Shown here in pieces: positions 41,368-49,993 of a DNA stretch of 64,000 bases. The notes under the pieces are model-generated. The model ran no database searches and was not told where the DNA came from. It worked only from the letters and a program-made list of their open reading frames with translations. Within the stretch, counting starts at the first letter, position 1. Every line of letters begins with the position of its first letter. The DNA comes from Actinophytocola sp. (GTDB taxonomy: Bacteria; Actinomycetota; Actinomycetes; Mycobacteriales; Pseudonocardiaceae): positions 278 through 64,277 of the forward strand of contig NZ_JBOHGA010000005.1 of the NCBI RefSeq assembly GCF_050699915.1, read 5' to 3'. The position numbers and the translations under genes were made by a program.

Positions 41368-43233
41368 GTGGACAACGCCTGGAGCGTCATGTACGGCGCC
41401 ATGCGCGCGGCGAACGCGCCGAAGGGCCTGCACAAGGGCACGATCCGGCGGGTGTTCCGGTTCACCGGGCCACACCGGGGCAAGCTGGTCGTGTACCTGC
41501 TGCTGACGATGATCTCGGCGGTGCTCGTCGTGTCGACGCCGCTGCTCGCCGGGCAGGTGGTGAACGCGATCGTCGGCGGGCACGACGTGTCGCTGGTGGT
41601 GTGGCTGGCGGTGGCGATCGCGGGTGTGGCGGTACTGGACGCCGGGCTGGGGCTGGCCGAGCGGTGGCAGTCGTCGCGGATCGGGGAGGGGCTGATCCAC
41701 GACCTGCGCCGGGCGGTGTTCGAGCACGTGCAGCGGATGCCGGTGGCGTTCTTCACCCGGACGCGGACCGGCGCGCTGGTGTCGCGGCTGAACAACGACG
41801 TGATGGGGGCGCAGCGGGCGTTCACTTCGACGCTCGCCGGGCTGGTGACGAACGTGATCCAGCTGGTGCTCTCGGTCGTCGTGATGTTGACGTTGTCCTG
41901 GCAGGTGACCGCGCTCGCGCTGATCCTGTTACCGGTCTTCGTGCTGCCCGCGCGACGGATGGGCCGGCGGATGGCCGACATGCAGCACGAGTCGGCCACG
42001 CTGAACGCGTCGATGACCACCCAGATGGCGGAGCGGTTCTCCGCGCCGGGCGCGACGCTGGTGAAGCTGTTCGGTCACCCGCGCGCGGAGGCGACCGAGT
42101 TCGGCGACCGGGCGGCGCGGGTGCGCGACATCGGCGTCCGGACGGCGATGTTGACCCGGTGGTTCATGACGAGCCTGACGCTGGTGTCGGCGCTGGCGCA
42201 GGCGTTGGTGTACGGGCTCGGCGGGTACCTGGCGATCACCGGTCAGCTCGATGCGGGCACCGTGGTGGCGCTGGCGTTGCTGCTGACGCGGCTGTACTCG
42301 CCGCTGACCGCGCTCGCGAACGCGCGGGTGGACGTGATGACCGCGCTGGTGTCGTTCGAGCGGGTCTTCGAGGTGCTCGACCTGCCGCCGATGATCACCG
42401 AGTCGCCGACGCCGAAGACGGTGCCGGCGGGTGGGGTGTCGGTGTCGCTGGACGACGTGCGCTTCGGGTACCCGGCGGCGGACAAGGTGTCGCTGGCGTC
42501 GTTGGAGGAGGTGGCCGTTCTCGATCAGCGGGGCGGCCAGGAGGTGCTGCACGGCATCTCGTTCCGGGCCGAGGCCGGGCAGATGGTGGCGTTGGTGGGG
42601 CCGTCCGGCGCGGGCAAGTCGACGATCGCCTCGTTGGTGCCGCGCCTCTACGACGTCGAGGCGGGCGCCGTCCGTCTGGCCGATGTGGACGTTCGCGAGC
42701 TGTCATTCGACGCGCTGCGGGACACGGTGGGCGTGGTGACCCAGGACGGCCACCTGTTCCACGACACGATCCGGGCGAACGTGGCGTACCCGCGGCCGGC
42801 CGCGACGGACGAGGAGATCTGGGCGGCGCTGCGGCAGGCGCGGTTGGCGGACCTGGTGGAGTCGCTGCCGGACAGGCTGGAGACGGTCGTGGGGGAGCGC
42901 GGCTACCGCCTGTCGGGCGGCGAACGCCAACGGCTGACGATCGCGCGGCTGCTGGTCGCGCAGCCCCGAGTGGTGATCCTCGACGAGGCGACCGCGCACC
43001 TGGACTCGGAGTCGGAGGTGGCCGTGCAGGAGGCGCTGACCTCAGCACTGGCCGGCCGCACGGCGATCGTCATCGCGCACCGCCTGTCCACCGTCCGGGC
43101 GGCGGACCAGATCCTGGTGGTGGAGGACGGCCGAATCGTGGAACGCGGCGACCACGACTCACTGCTGGAAGCGGAGGGCAGGTACGCGGACCTGTACCGC
43201 ACCCAGTTCGCCACCCAGGCCACCGCCGCCTGA
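41368..43233 (+). CDS. ABC exporter, fused permease/ATPase
   Basis: TM domain with SRLNNDV, then GPSGAGKST, LSGGE, ILDEATAHLD. Confidence 0.95.
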   Translation: MDNAWSVMYGAMRAANAPKGLHKGTIRRVFRFTGPHRGKLVVYLLLTMISAVLVVSTPLLAGQVVNAIVGGHDVSLVVWLAVAIAGVAVLDAGLGLAERWQSSRIGEGLIHDLRRAVFEHVQRMPVAFFTRTRTGALVSRLNNDVMGAQRAFTSTLAGLVTNVIQLVLSVVVMLTLSWQVTALALILLPVFVLPARRMGRRMADMQHESATLNASMTTQMAERFSAPGATLVKLFGHPRAEATEFGDRAARVRDIGVRTAMLTRWFMTSLTLVSALAQALVYGLGGYLAITGQLDAGTVVALALLLTRLYSPLTALANARVDVMTALVSFERVFEVLDLPPMITESPTPKTVPAGGVSVSLDDVRFGYPAADKVSLASLEEVAVLDQRGGQEVLHGISFRAEAGQMVALVGPSGAGKSTIASLVPRLYDVEAGAVRLADVDVRELSFDALRDTVGVVTQDGHLFHDTIRANVAYPRPAATDEEIWAALRQARLADLVESLPDRLETVVGERGYRLSGGERQRLTIARLLVAQPRVVILDEATAHLDSESEVAVQEALTSALAGRTAIVIAHRLSTVRAADQILVVEDGRIVERGDHDSLLEAEGRYADLYRTQFATQATAA

Positions 43234-43441
43234 CCTGGCCGCCTCGGCGTCAGCGGCGTGGGCCAGAAGCCGGCTGTCCGCCGCGAATCCGGGTCTGGTC
43301 GCGGACCGGAACCAGCCACACCGGCTGGTCCCGCGAGTTGCGAGGCTCCCCGCCTCTGGTGCGGGCTCGCCACGAACGCTTCCGGGGTCCGATCGGCCGC
43401 GTTGTGGGCGGGTGCTCTGCGGACAGTCGCTTCGGGCGAAA

Positions 43442-43768
43442 TCAGTCGAGCATGTCCTTCTGGTGGGCGATCGCCTCGTGAAGTAGGGCTGCGAGCTCCT
43501 TCGGGTGCTCCATCACCGTCGCGTGGGGGACTTGGCGCACGTAGCGGGCCTCCCCGCGCAGCAGCTGGGCCGGATCGTCAAGCAGTGCGCCCTTGTGGAA
43601 CATCAGCGACACGCCATTCGACGAGGCCGCCACCGCGCATACCCAGTGGTGCCAGTCGCCGCCTGCGGTGAACGTCAGGCGGCGCCACTTCACCGCCTCC
43701 TCCAACTCGGGCGCGGCGCCGCGCACCAGGTCGGCCAGCTCGTCTTTCTGCGCCTCTCGGCCGGTCAC
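43442..43768 (-). CDS. DUF1801 (YdhG-like) protein
   Basis: APELEEAVKW, FHKGALLDDP, LRGEARYVR. Confidence 0.8.
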   Translation of the reverse strand: MTGREAQKDELADLVRGAAPELEEAVKWRRLTFTAGGDWHHWVCAVAASSNGVSLMFHKGALLDDPAQLLRGEARYVRQVPHATVMEHPKELAALLHEAIAHQKDMLD

Positions 43769-43781
43769 GGGAGGGACCTCC

Positions 43782-44390
43782 TCATTCGTCGGGGTACCCG
43801 GTCACCTTCTCACCGGGGTCCGACAGTTCCGGGAGGTCCGACGGGCGATCCACGTCATCTCCGCTGGCCACGTCCTCGCACGGCACCTCGAGCGGCGGGT
43901 GCGACGACAGGTACGGCCGCGCGCCCGCGTCCCCGACGGCCGCCTTCACGACGTCCGGCCAGCGGTCGCGGCCGATCAGGACCGGGTGGCCCGGGCGGCC
44001 GAAGTAGGTCGCCCGCGCGAGGGCGTCCGGTGCGGCCAGGTCGGCGAGCCGGCGTATCGCCAGTGCCGTCACCCCCGGCGTGTCGACCGGAAGCACCACC
44101 ACGGCCTGCGCGACCGACGACGCGAGCGTCGACAGGCCGGCCCGCAGCGACGAACCCATCCCGGTCGTCCACTCTGGATTGTCCACAAGAGCCGACCCGG
44201 GCAACGACGCCGACGCCCGCACCGCGTCGGCCGACGCACCGAGTACGACCACCACCGGCACGCACCCGCCCTCGTGCAGCACCTGCGCCGCATGCTCCAC
44301 GAACAGCCGCCCACGGTGGCGCACCAACGCCTTCGGCATCCCGAACCGGCGTCCGGCGCCGGCCGCGAGCAGCAGCCCGGCCACGGTCAC
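43782..44390 (-). CDS. MocA/MobA-like nucleotidyltransferase
   Basis: LLLAAGAGRRFGMPKAL, GMGSSL, VDTPGV, GHPVL, DVD. Confidence 0.9.
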   Translation of the reverse strand: MTVAGLLLAAGAGRRFGMPKALVRHRGRLFVEHAAQVLHEGGCVPVVVVLGASADAVRASASLPGSALVDNPEWTTGMGSSLRAGLSTLASSVAQAVVVLPVDTPGVTALAIRRLADLAAPDALARATYFGRPGHPVLIGRDRWPDVVKAAVGDAGARPYLSSHPPLEVPCEDVASGDDVDRPSDLPELSDPGEKVTGYPDE

Positions 44391-44410
44391 GGTCACGAAA
44401 CCGAGCCTAG

Positions 44411-45286
44411 TCAGCGGAAGTCGGCCACGTGATCGACCGCCCACCGCGCGAACGTCCGCGCCGGCCGACCGGTGACCTCCTCGACCGTCGGCAGCGGCCG
44501 GATCGACTCCGCCAGCTCCTCGGTCGTCATGTCCGGCAGGGAGGACGCGGAGTACGCCTCGAACCCGGTCAGGAAGTCCGCGTTGTCCGCGGCCCAACCA
44601 CCCTGCCGCTTCAGGATCTCCCGCGACTCGGCCGGCGTCACCTCCTCGAACCGCACCTTCTCACCCAGCGCTGCCGAGATTGCCCGCGTTTGCTCGCGCG
44701 CGCTGATCCGCTCCGGGCCGGTCAGGTCGTACGCGCGCCCGTGATGTCCGGCCGACAGCAGGGCGGCCACCCCGACCGCGGCGACGTCCGCCTCGTGGAT
44801 CGGCACGCCTCGCCAGTCCGGGTAGTGGTAGCGCACGACCCGCTCGGCCCGGATCGACGGTCCCCACAGCCGCAGGGTGTTCGAGGCGAACTCGCCGGGA
44901 CGCAGGTGGGTCCACTCGCACCCCGACGCCTCGACCGCCTGCTCGACCGGAAACTGGAAGTCCGTGTCGTACCCGCCGGTCACCGCGCCCGAGGACAGCG
45001 TGACGATCCGCCGCACCCCGGCCTCGACCGCACGGGTCACGACCGCCCGGGCACTGCGCGGCTCGGGGAACAGGAACAGCGCGGTCGCCCCGTCGACCGG
45101 CAGGGTCGCGGGCTCGAGCAGATCGCCCCGCACCACGGAGACGCCCGCCGGGACCGGGGCGCCGGTCGCCGACGCGAAGTCGTCCGGGTGGCGTGTCATG
45201 GCCCGCACGGGCACATCCGCCGCCGCGAGCTGAGCCACCACGTGCCGGCCCACCTGGCCCGTCGCGCCCGTCACCAAGATCGTCAT
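44411..45286 (-). CDS. NAD(P)H-binding NmrA-like/atypical SDR
   Basis: ILVTGATGQVG, LRPGEFASN, PIHEADVA, LTGPE. Confidence 0.9.
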   Translation of the reverse strand: MTILVTGATGQVGRHVVAQLAAADVPVRAMTRHPDDFASATGAPVPAGVSVVRGDLLEPATLPVDGATALFLFPEPRSARAVVTRAVEAGVRRIVTLSSGAVTGGYDTDFQFPVEQAVEASGCEWTHLRPGEFASNTLRLWGPSIRAERVVRYHYPDWRGVPIHEADVAAVGVAALLSAGHHGRAYDLTGPERISAREQTRAISAALGEKVRFEEVTPAESREILKRQGGWAADNADFLTGFEAYSASSLPDMTTEELAESIRPLPTVEEVTGRPARTFARWAVDHVADFR

Positions 45287-45308
45287 GAGACCTCCCTGCA
45301 GAAAGTGG

Positions 45309-45319
45309 GTACACTGTAC
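45309..45319. promoter_or_regulatory. Probable TetR operator
   Basis: gtacactgtac palindrome between the divergent SDR and TetR genes. Confidence 0.55.
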
Positions 45320-45349
45320 GCGAATTTAGCACAATACGATGGGCCCGCG

Positions 45350-46117
45350 ATGACCAAGGACGACACGGCCTCGTCGAGCTTCGGTGGCTCGGCCACCGCG
45401 GCCCGCAGCATGGAGCTCCTCTGGGGCACCAAGCCGGCGCCCAGCCGGGGCCGAAAACCCGGTATGACCGTCGAACGGATCGTCGCCGCCGCCGTCGAGC
45501 TCGCCGACGCCGAGGGCCTGGACGGCGTCTCCATGCGCCGCGTCGCCGACCGGCTGGGCGCGGGCACGATGTCGCTGTACCGGTACGTCCCGGCCAAGGC
45601 CGAGCTGCAGGACCTGATGCTCGACTCGGTCATGGGTGACGCCGCGTCGGTGGTCGCCGGCGCGGGCTGGCGCGCGGCGCTCGAGCGGTTCGCGCGCGCG
45701 AGCCTCGAGGGCTACCAGCACCACCCGTGGCTGCTGCGCGCGTCGCTGACCAGGGGCGTGATGGGCCCGAACCAGGCCGCCGCGCTCGACGCGGTACTGG
45801 CCGCGGTCGGTGACCTCGGGCTGACCAGCGGCGAGCGGATGGCGGTCGTCGGCCTGGTCACCGGCTACGTCCGCGGCGTGGCCCAGCAGCTGGTGGAGGA
45901 AACCCAGGTCCAGCGGCGCACCGGGGTCAGCGACGAGCAGTTCTGGACCGACTTCGCGCCGCTGCTCGACGGCCACCTCGACCCCGCGCGGTACCCGGCG
46001 CTCACACAGGTGTGGCGCGACGAGGAGCTGGACTGGGGAGACCCGTTCGACTTCGGACTGCGGCGGGTCCTGGACGGCATCGAGGCGCTGGTCGAGTCCC
46101 GCCGGATCGGCTCGTGA
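45350..46117 (+). CDS. TetR family regulator (TetR_C type)
   Basis: LLWG, VSMRRVADRLGAGTMSLYRYV, FDFGLRRVLDGI. Confidence 0.93.
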   Translation: MTKDDTASSSFGGSATAARSMELLWGTKPAPSRGRKPGMTVERIVAAAVELADAEGLDGVSMRRVADRLGAGTMSLYRYVPAKAELQDLMLDSVMGDAASVVAGAGWRAALERFARASLEGYQHHPWLLRASLTRGVMGPNQAAALDAVLAAVGDLGLTSGERMAVVGLVTGYVRGVAQQLVEETQVQRRTGVSDEQFWTDFAPLLDGHLDPARYPALTQVWRDEELDWGDPFDFGLRRVLDGIEALVESRRIGS

Positions 46118-46800
46118 CCGCGCCCGACCTGCGCGTGCTCGGCCGGACCGGTGTGCGCGCGGTGGCGCTCGTCCTGCACGGCGGGCAGGAGACCAGCAAG
46201 GTCCGCGCGCACCGGCTGCGCCCCGCCTACCTGCGGATGCTGCCGTTCGCCCACGACCTGCGGTGGGCGGGGCGCCACGCCGGACTCGCGGCGTGGCAGC
46301 TCTGCTATCGCTACCGCGGCTGGAACGGTCCGGACCGCGACCCGGTCGTCGACGCCCGCTGGGCGCTCGGGGAGATCGGTAGGGCGCATCCGGGCGCGCC
46401 GGTCGTCGTGGTCGGGCACTCGATGGGCGGCCGGACGGCGCTGCACGTCGCCGGCGCCGAGCGGGTGGCGGCCGTGTGCGCGCTCGCGCCGTGGACTCCC
46501 GAAGGCGACGTCGTCGACCAGCTCGCCGGGCGGACCGTGTTGATCGCGCACGGTGACCAGGACACGGTGACCGCCCCCGGGCGGTCGCTGCGCTACGCGG
46601 TGCGGGCCAAGGAGGTCACCGACGCGGTGTGCCGGTTCGACGTGCTGGGCGAGGGACACTCGATGCTGCGCCGGGCGCGCGAGTGGCGGCTGCTGGTGCG
46701 GCGCTTCACGCTCGGCGCACTGGGTATCACTGAGCTGGACCACGTCATCGCCAGCGCGCTGGCCAAATCCTCGCCCGGTGGGTTGAGCGTTCCGCTCTGA
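46114..46800 (+). CDS. Alpha/beta hydrolase
   Basis: LHGG, GHSMG, AHGDQD, GEGH. Confidence 0.88.
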   Translation: MTAPDLRVLGRTGVRAVALVLHGGQETSKVRAHRLRPAYLRMLPFAHDLRWAGRHAGLAAWQLCYRYRGWNGPDRDPVVDARWALGEIGRAHPGAPVVVVGHSMGGRTALHVAGAERVAAVCALAPWTPEGDVVDQLAGRTVLIAHGDQDTVTAPGRSLRYAVRAKEVTDAVCRFDVLGEGHSMLRRAREWRLLVRRFTLGALGITELDHVIASALAKSSPGGLSVPL

Positions 46801-46884
46801 CTCGCGTCCCCTACGGTGTGAGCGGTACCACTGGCAACCTCGACAGCGGTCCCCACGTCTTGGGAATCGACGGAAGGTGGGGAG

Positions 46885-48063
46885 ATGAGCTACGGCCAGC
46901 AGGGCCCGCCGCGGCGGCCCGGGTATGGAGGCGGCCCAGGTGGTTATGGGCGGCCGCCCGCGCAGGGCCGGCGTCCGGCGTACCACGAGACCAAGGCGCT
47001 GCCCATGCCGCCGACCGACGCGCCGCCGCGCCGGGGTCACTACGACGGCCCGCCGCCGGACGGGTACGGCCCGCCGCCGCGCGGTGACGGTTACCCACCG
47101 CGACCGCGCCGGCCCCGCAAGCGCCGCCGCTTCGGCCGCACGCTCGGCATCATCGTGCTCATCCTGGTCGTGCTGCTCGCCGGCATGTACTTCTGGGTCG
47201 ACTCCTCGCTCAACCGCGTCGCGGCGCTCGCCGACTACCCGGGCCGGCCCGCGGAGGCGGCCGGCACCAACTGGCTGATCGTCGGCTCGGACAGTCGCGA
47301 GGGCTTGTCGCAGGAGGAGAAGGACAAGCTCATCACCGGCGACACCGAGGGCAAGCGCACCGACACCATGCTCATCGCGCACCTGCCGGACAACGACACG
47401 CCGGCGACGCTGATGAGTCTGCCGCGCGACCTGAACGTCGAGGTCCCGGGCAACGGCGTCAACAAGATCAACGCCGCGTTCTCGATCGGCGGGCCGAAGC
47501 TGCTCGTGCAGACCATCGAGCAGGCGACCGGGCTGCGCATCGACCACTACGCCGAGATCAACTTCGCCGGCTTCGCGAACATGGTCGACGCCGTCGGGGG
47601 AGTCGAGATCAACATCCCGAAGACGATCAAGGACAACGCGACCGGCGTGACGATCAAGGCCGGCCCCCAGACGCTGGACGGCGCGCAGGCGCTGGCGTTC
47701 GTCCGCACCCGCAAGAGCGCGGCCACGCCGAGGTCGGACCTCGACCGGGTGGCGAACCAGCGGACGTTCATCGGCGCGCTGGCCGCGGAGATCGCGAGCC
47801 CGGCGACGCTGCTCAACCCGTTCGACGTCTTCCCGTTGCTCTCGGAGGTGCCGAACGCGCTGACCGTCGACGACGGCGACCACCTGTACCACCTCGCGGG
47901 CCTGGGCTTCGCGATGGGCGGAATCTCCGACGGCGGCACGATCACCACGACGGTGCCGGTGACCGACGGCTCGGCGACACAGATGGACGAGGCCAAGTCG
48001 CAGGCGTTGTTCGACGCGCTGAAGACCGACGCGGCGGTGCCGAAGGACGCGCTCTACAACTAA
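46885..48063 (+). CDS. LCP (LytR-CpsA-Psr) family protein
   Basis: Pro/Gly-rich N-terminus, one TM, GSDSR, RTDT, SLPRD, KINAAF, RVANQR. Confidence 0.92.
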   Translation: MSYGQQGPPRRPGYGGGPGGYGRPPAQGRRPAYHETKALPMPPTDAPPRRGHYDGPPPDGYGPPPRGDGYPPRPRRPRKRRRFGRTLGIIVLILVVLLAGMYFWVDSSLNRVAALADYPGRPAEAAGTNWLIVGSDSREGLSQEEKDKLITGDTEGKRTDTMLIAHLPDNDTPATLMSLPRDLNVEVPGNGVNKINAAFSIGGPKLLVQTIEQATGLRIDHYAEINFAGFANMVDAVGGVEINIPKTIKDNATGVTIKAGPQTLDGAQALAFVRTRKSAATPRSDLDRVANQRTFIGALAAEIASPATLLNPFDVFPLLSEVPNALTVDDGDHLYHLAGLGFAMGGISDGGTITTTVPVTDGSATQMDEAKSQALFDALKTDAAVPKDALYN

Positions 48064-48515
48064 GGAGTGCGGCGGCGAAGGATCTCGAGGGCGCGGTCGG
48101 CGTGCACGGCCATCCGGAGCTCGCTCTTGACCACCTCGAGCACGGTGCTGTCGGTGTCGATGACGAACGTGTGGCGGCGGGTGAGCAGCGGCCCGAACGC
48201 TCGCCGCACGCCGAACCGTGTGGCCACCTCGCCGTCCGGGTCGGACAGCAGCGGGAAGTCGAACGTGTGCTTGTCGCTGAAGGCCCGCTGCTTGGCCACG
48301 TCGTCCGGGCTGATGCCGACCCGGGAGGCCTTCAGCTCGGCGAACTCGCCGGCGAGGTCGCGGAAGTGGCAGCTCTCGACCGTGCAGCCGCGAGTCATCG
48401 CGGCCGGGTAGAAGAACAGCACCAGCGGTCCGGTCTCCAGGAACTCACCGAGCCGGCGGGGCGTGCCGGTCTCGTCGGGCAGCTCGAAGTCGGGGGCGGT
48501 GTCGCCGGCCTTCAT
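48060..48515 (-). CDS. bcp: BCP/PrxQ peroxiredoxin
   Basis: FFYPAAMTRGCTVESCHFRD, LLSDPDG. Confidence 0.9.
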   Translation of the reverse strand: MKAGDTAPDFELPDETGTPRRLGEFLETGPLVLFFYPAAMTRGCTVESCHFRDLAGEFAELKASRVGISPDDVAKQRAFSDKHTFDFPLLSDPDGEVATRFGVRRAFGPLLTRRHTFVIDTDSTVLEVVKSELRMAVHADRALEILRRRTP

Positions 48516-48537
48516 CGACTCTCCTCGCGCAGGGATC

Positions 48538-49137
48538 ATGGTGTACGTGGACACTACCGCCCGCCGCGCGGCGCTCATCGTGACCGAGGTGCTCTCGCCG
48601 GCCGTCGTGGTCGTGGCGCTCCCGCTGGCCGTCGCCTGGCACGCGACGGGATACGAACCGCTGCAGACGCTGGGCTGGGGCGTGCTCGTCGCGATCTTCT
48701 ACAGCGTGCTGCCGATGGCGTTCCTCGTACGTGGCGCGCGCCGCGGGCGATGGGAGGGCCGCTGGGTGCGCGACCGCGCCCACCGGACGGTGCCGCTGCT
48801 GGTGTGCCTCGCGTCCGCCCTGGCCGGCACGGCGATCATGCTCGCCGGCGGCGCGCCGACCGAGCTCGTCGCGCTGGCCTGGGCGTTGATCGTGACCGGG
48901 GTGGCGTGCCTGGTGATCACCCGCTGGTGGAAGGTGTCGGTGCACGCGACGGTGGCCGGGGGAGCGGTCGCGATGATCAGCTACGTCTACGGGCCGTGGC
49001 TGTTGCTGCTCGCCCTGCTCGTGGCGTTGGTGTGCTGGGCGCGCGTGGTGGTGGAGGACCACACGGTGGCGCAGGTCTTGGTGGGCGCGCTGCTCGGCCC
49101 GGTGGTGGGGGGCGCGGTGTTCCTCGCCTTGAGCTGA
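48538..49137 (+). CDS. PAP2-like membrane protein (start uncertain)
   Basis: Multi-TM protein with WWKVSVHA, WARV, DHTVAQV. Confidence 0.7.
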   Translation: MVYVDTTARRAALIVTEVLSPAVVVVALPLAVAWHATGYEPLQTLGWGVLVAIFYSVLPMAFLVRGARRGRWEGRWVRDRAHRTVPLLVCLASALAGTAIMLAGGAPTELVALAWALIVTGVACLVITRWWKVSVHATVAGGAVAMISYVYGPWLLLLALLVALVCWARVVVEDHTVAQVLVGALLGPVVGGAVFLALS

Positions 49138-49149
49138 CGCGAGTGGCGG

Positions 49150-49491
49150 TCAGGCCGGGCCGCCGCCGAAGCCGATCTCGTTGCCGTCGGGGTCGGCGTA
49201 GGTGATCTTCCGGACGCCGTCGCCGTACGTCTCCCGGTTCGCGGGCTCCAGCCCGCGCTCGGCGATCGCGGCCATGCGGGTGTCGAGGTCGTCGACGAAG
49301 AGGGTGAGCCGGGCGTGGCCGGCGTGCTCGGGATCTTCGACGATGTACACGTACCGGTGCTCGGCGACCTCCCACACGGCCTCCGTGTCGTGTGGGAAGA
49401 ACGCCGGCGGGGTGCCGAACAGCCGCTCCCACCAGGCCAGCGCGGTGGCGTAGTCGGCGACGGGGACTCCCGCGAACAGGTCGGCGGCCAT
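49150..49491 (-). CDS. VOC/glyoxalase family protein
   Basis: LFAGVPVADY, DPDGNEI. Confidence 0.85.
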   Translation of the reverse strand: MAADLFAGVPVADYATALAWWERLFGTPPAFFPHDTEAVWEVAEHRYVYIVEDPEHAGHARLTLFVDDLDTRMAAIAERGLEPANRETYGDGVRKITYADPDGNEIGFGGGPA

Positions 49492-49500
49492 GCCGGCAGG

Positions 49501-49893
49501 CTAGCTCCTCAGCGTGCGGCTGCGGCCGCGGAACTCCGCGATCACGTCGTCGTCCCGGCGGACCGTCACGTCGCACAGCCCGCTGCGGCCGTACACGACG
49601 CGCTCCTCCGCCCGCGCCTCGAGCACGTCGCCGCGTCGCGCGGTCGCCACGAAGGTGACATCGGCGCCCGCGGCGACCGTGACCGGGCCGTGACTGTTGC
49701 ACGCGCAGGCGAACGCGGTGTCCGCGAGCAGGAACACGTACCCGCCGTGGGCGATGTCGTGGCCGTTGACCATCGTGTCGGTGACCGTCATCCGGACCAC
49801 CGCGAAGCCCGTGCCGGCGTCCACGAGGGTCATGCCGAGCGAACGCGAGGCGAGGTCGTCGTCGAGCATGCGGCGTACGGACTCGGGAACCAT
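49501..49893 (-). CDS. PaaI-like hotdog thioesterase
   Basis: MVNGHDIAHGGYVFLLADTAFACACN, AEFRGRS. Confidence 0.9.
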   Translation of the reverse strand: MVPESVRRMLDDDLASRSLGMTLVDAGTGFAVVRMTVTDTMVNGHDIAHGGYVFLLADTAFACACNSHGPVTVAAGADVTFVATARRGDVLEARAEERVVYGRSGLCDVTVRRDDDVIAEFRGRSRTLRS

Positions 49894-49968
49894 CGCGCCA
49901 TCATGGCAGTTCGGCCCACTTCGACCGTGCCCGAACGGGGAGACCTCGCCCACATCGGTTGCACGTCG

Positions 49969-49990
49969 AATAGTAGGACGTCAAACTATT
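49969..49990. promoter_or_regulatory. Palindromic operator upstream of icmF
   Basis: aatagt-ag-gacgtc-aa-actatt, ending 3 nt before the ATG. Confidence 0.6.
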
Positions 49991-49993
49991 ATC

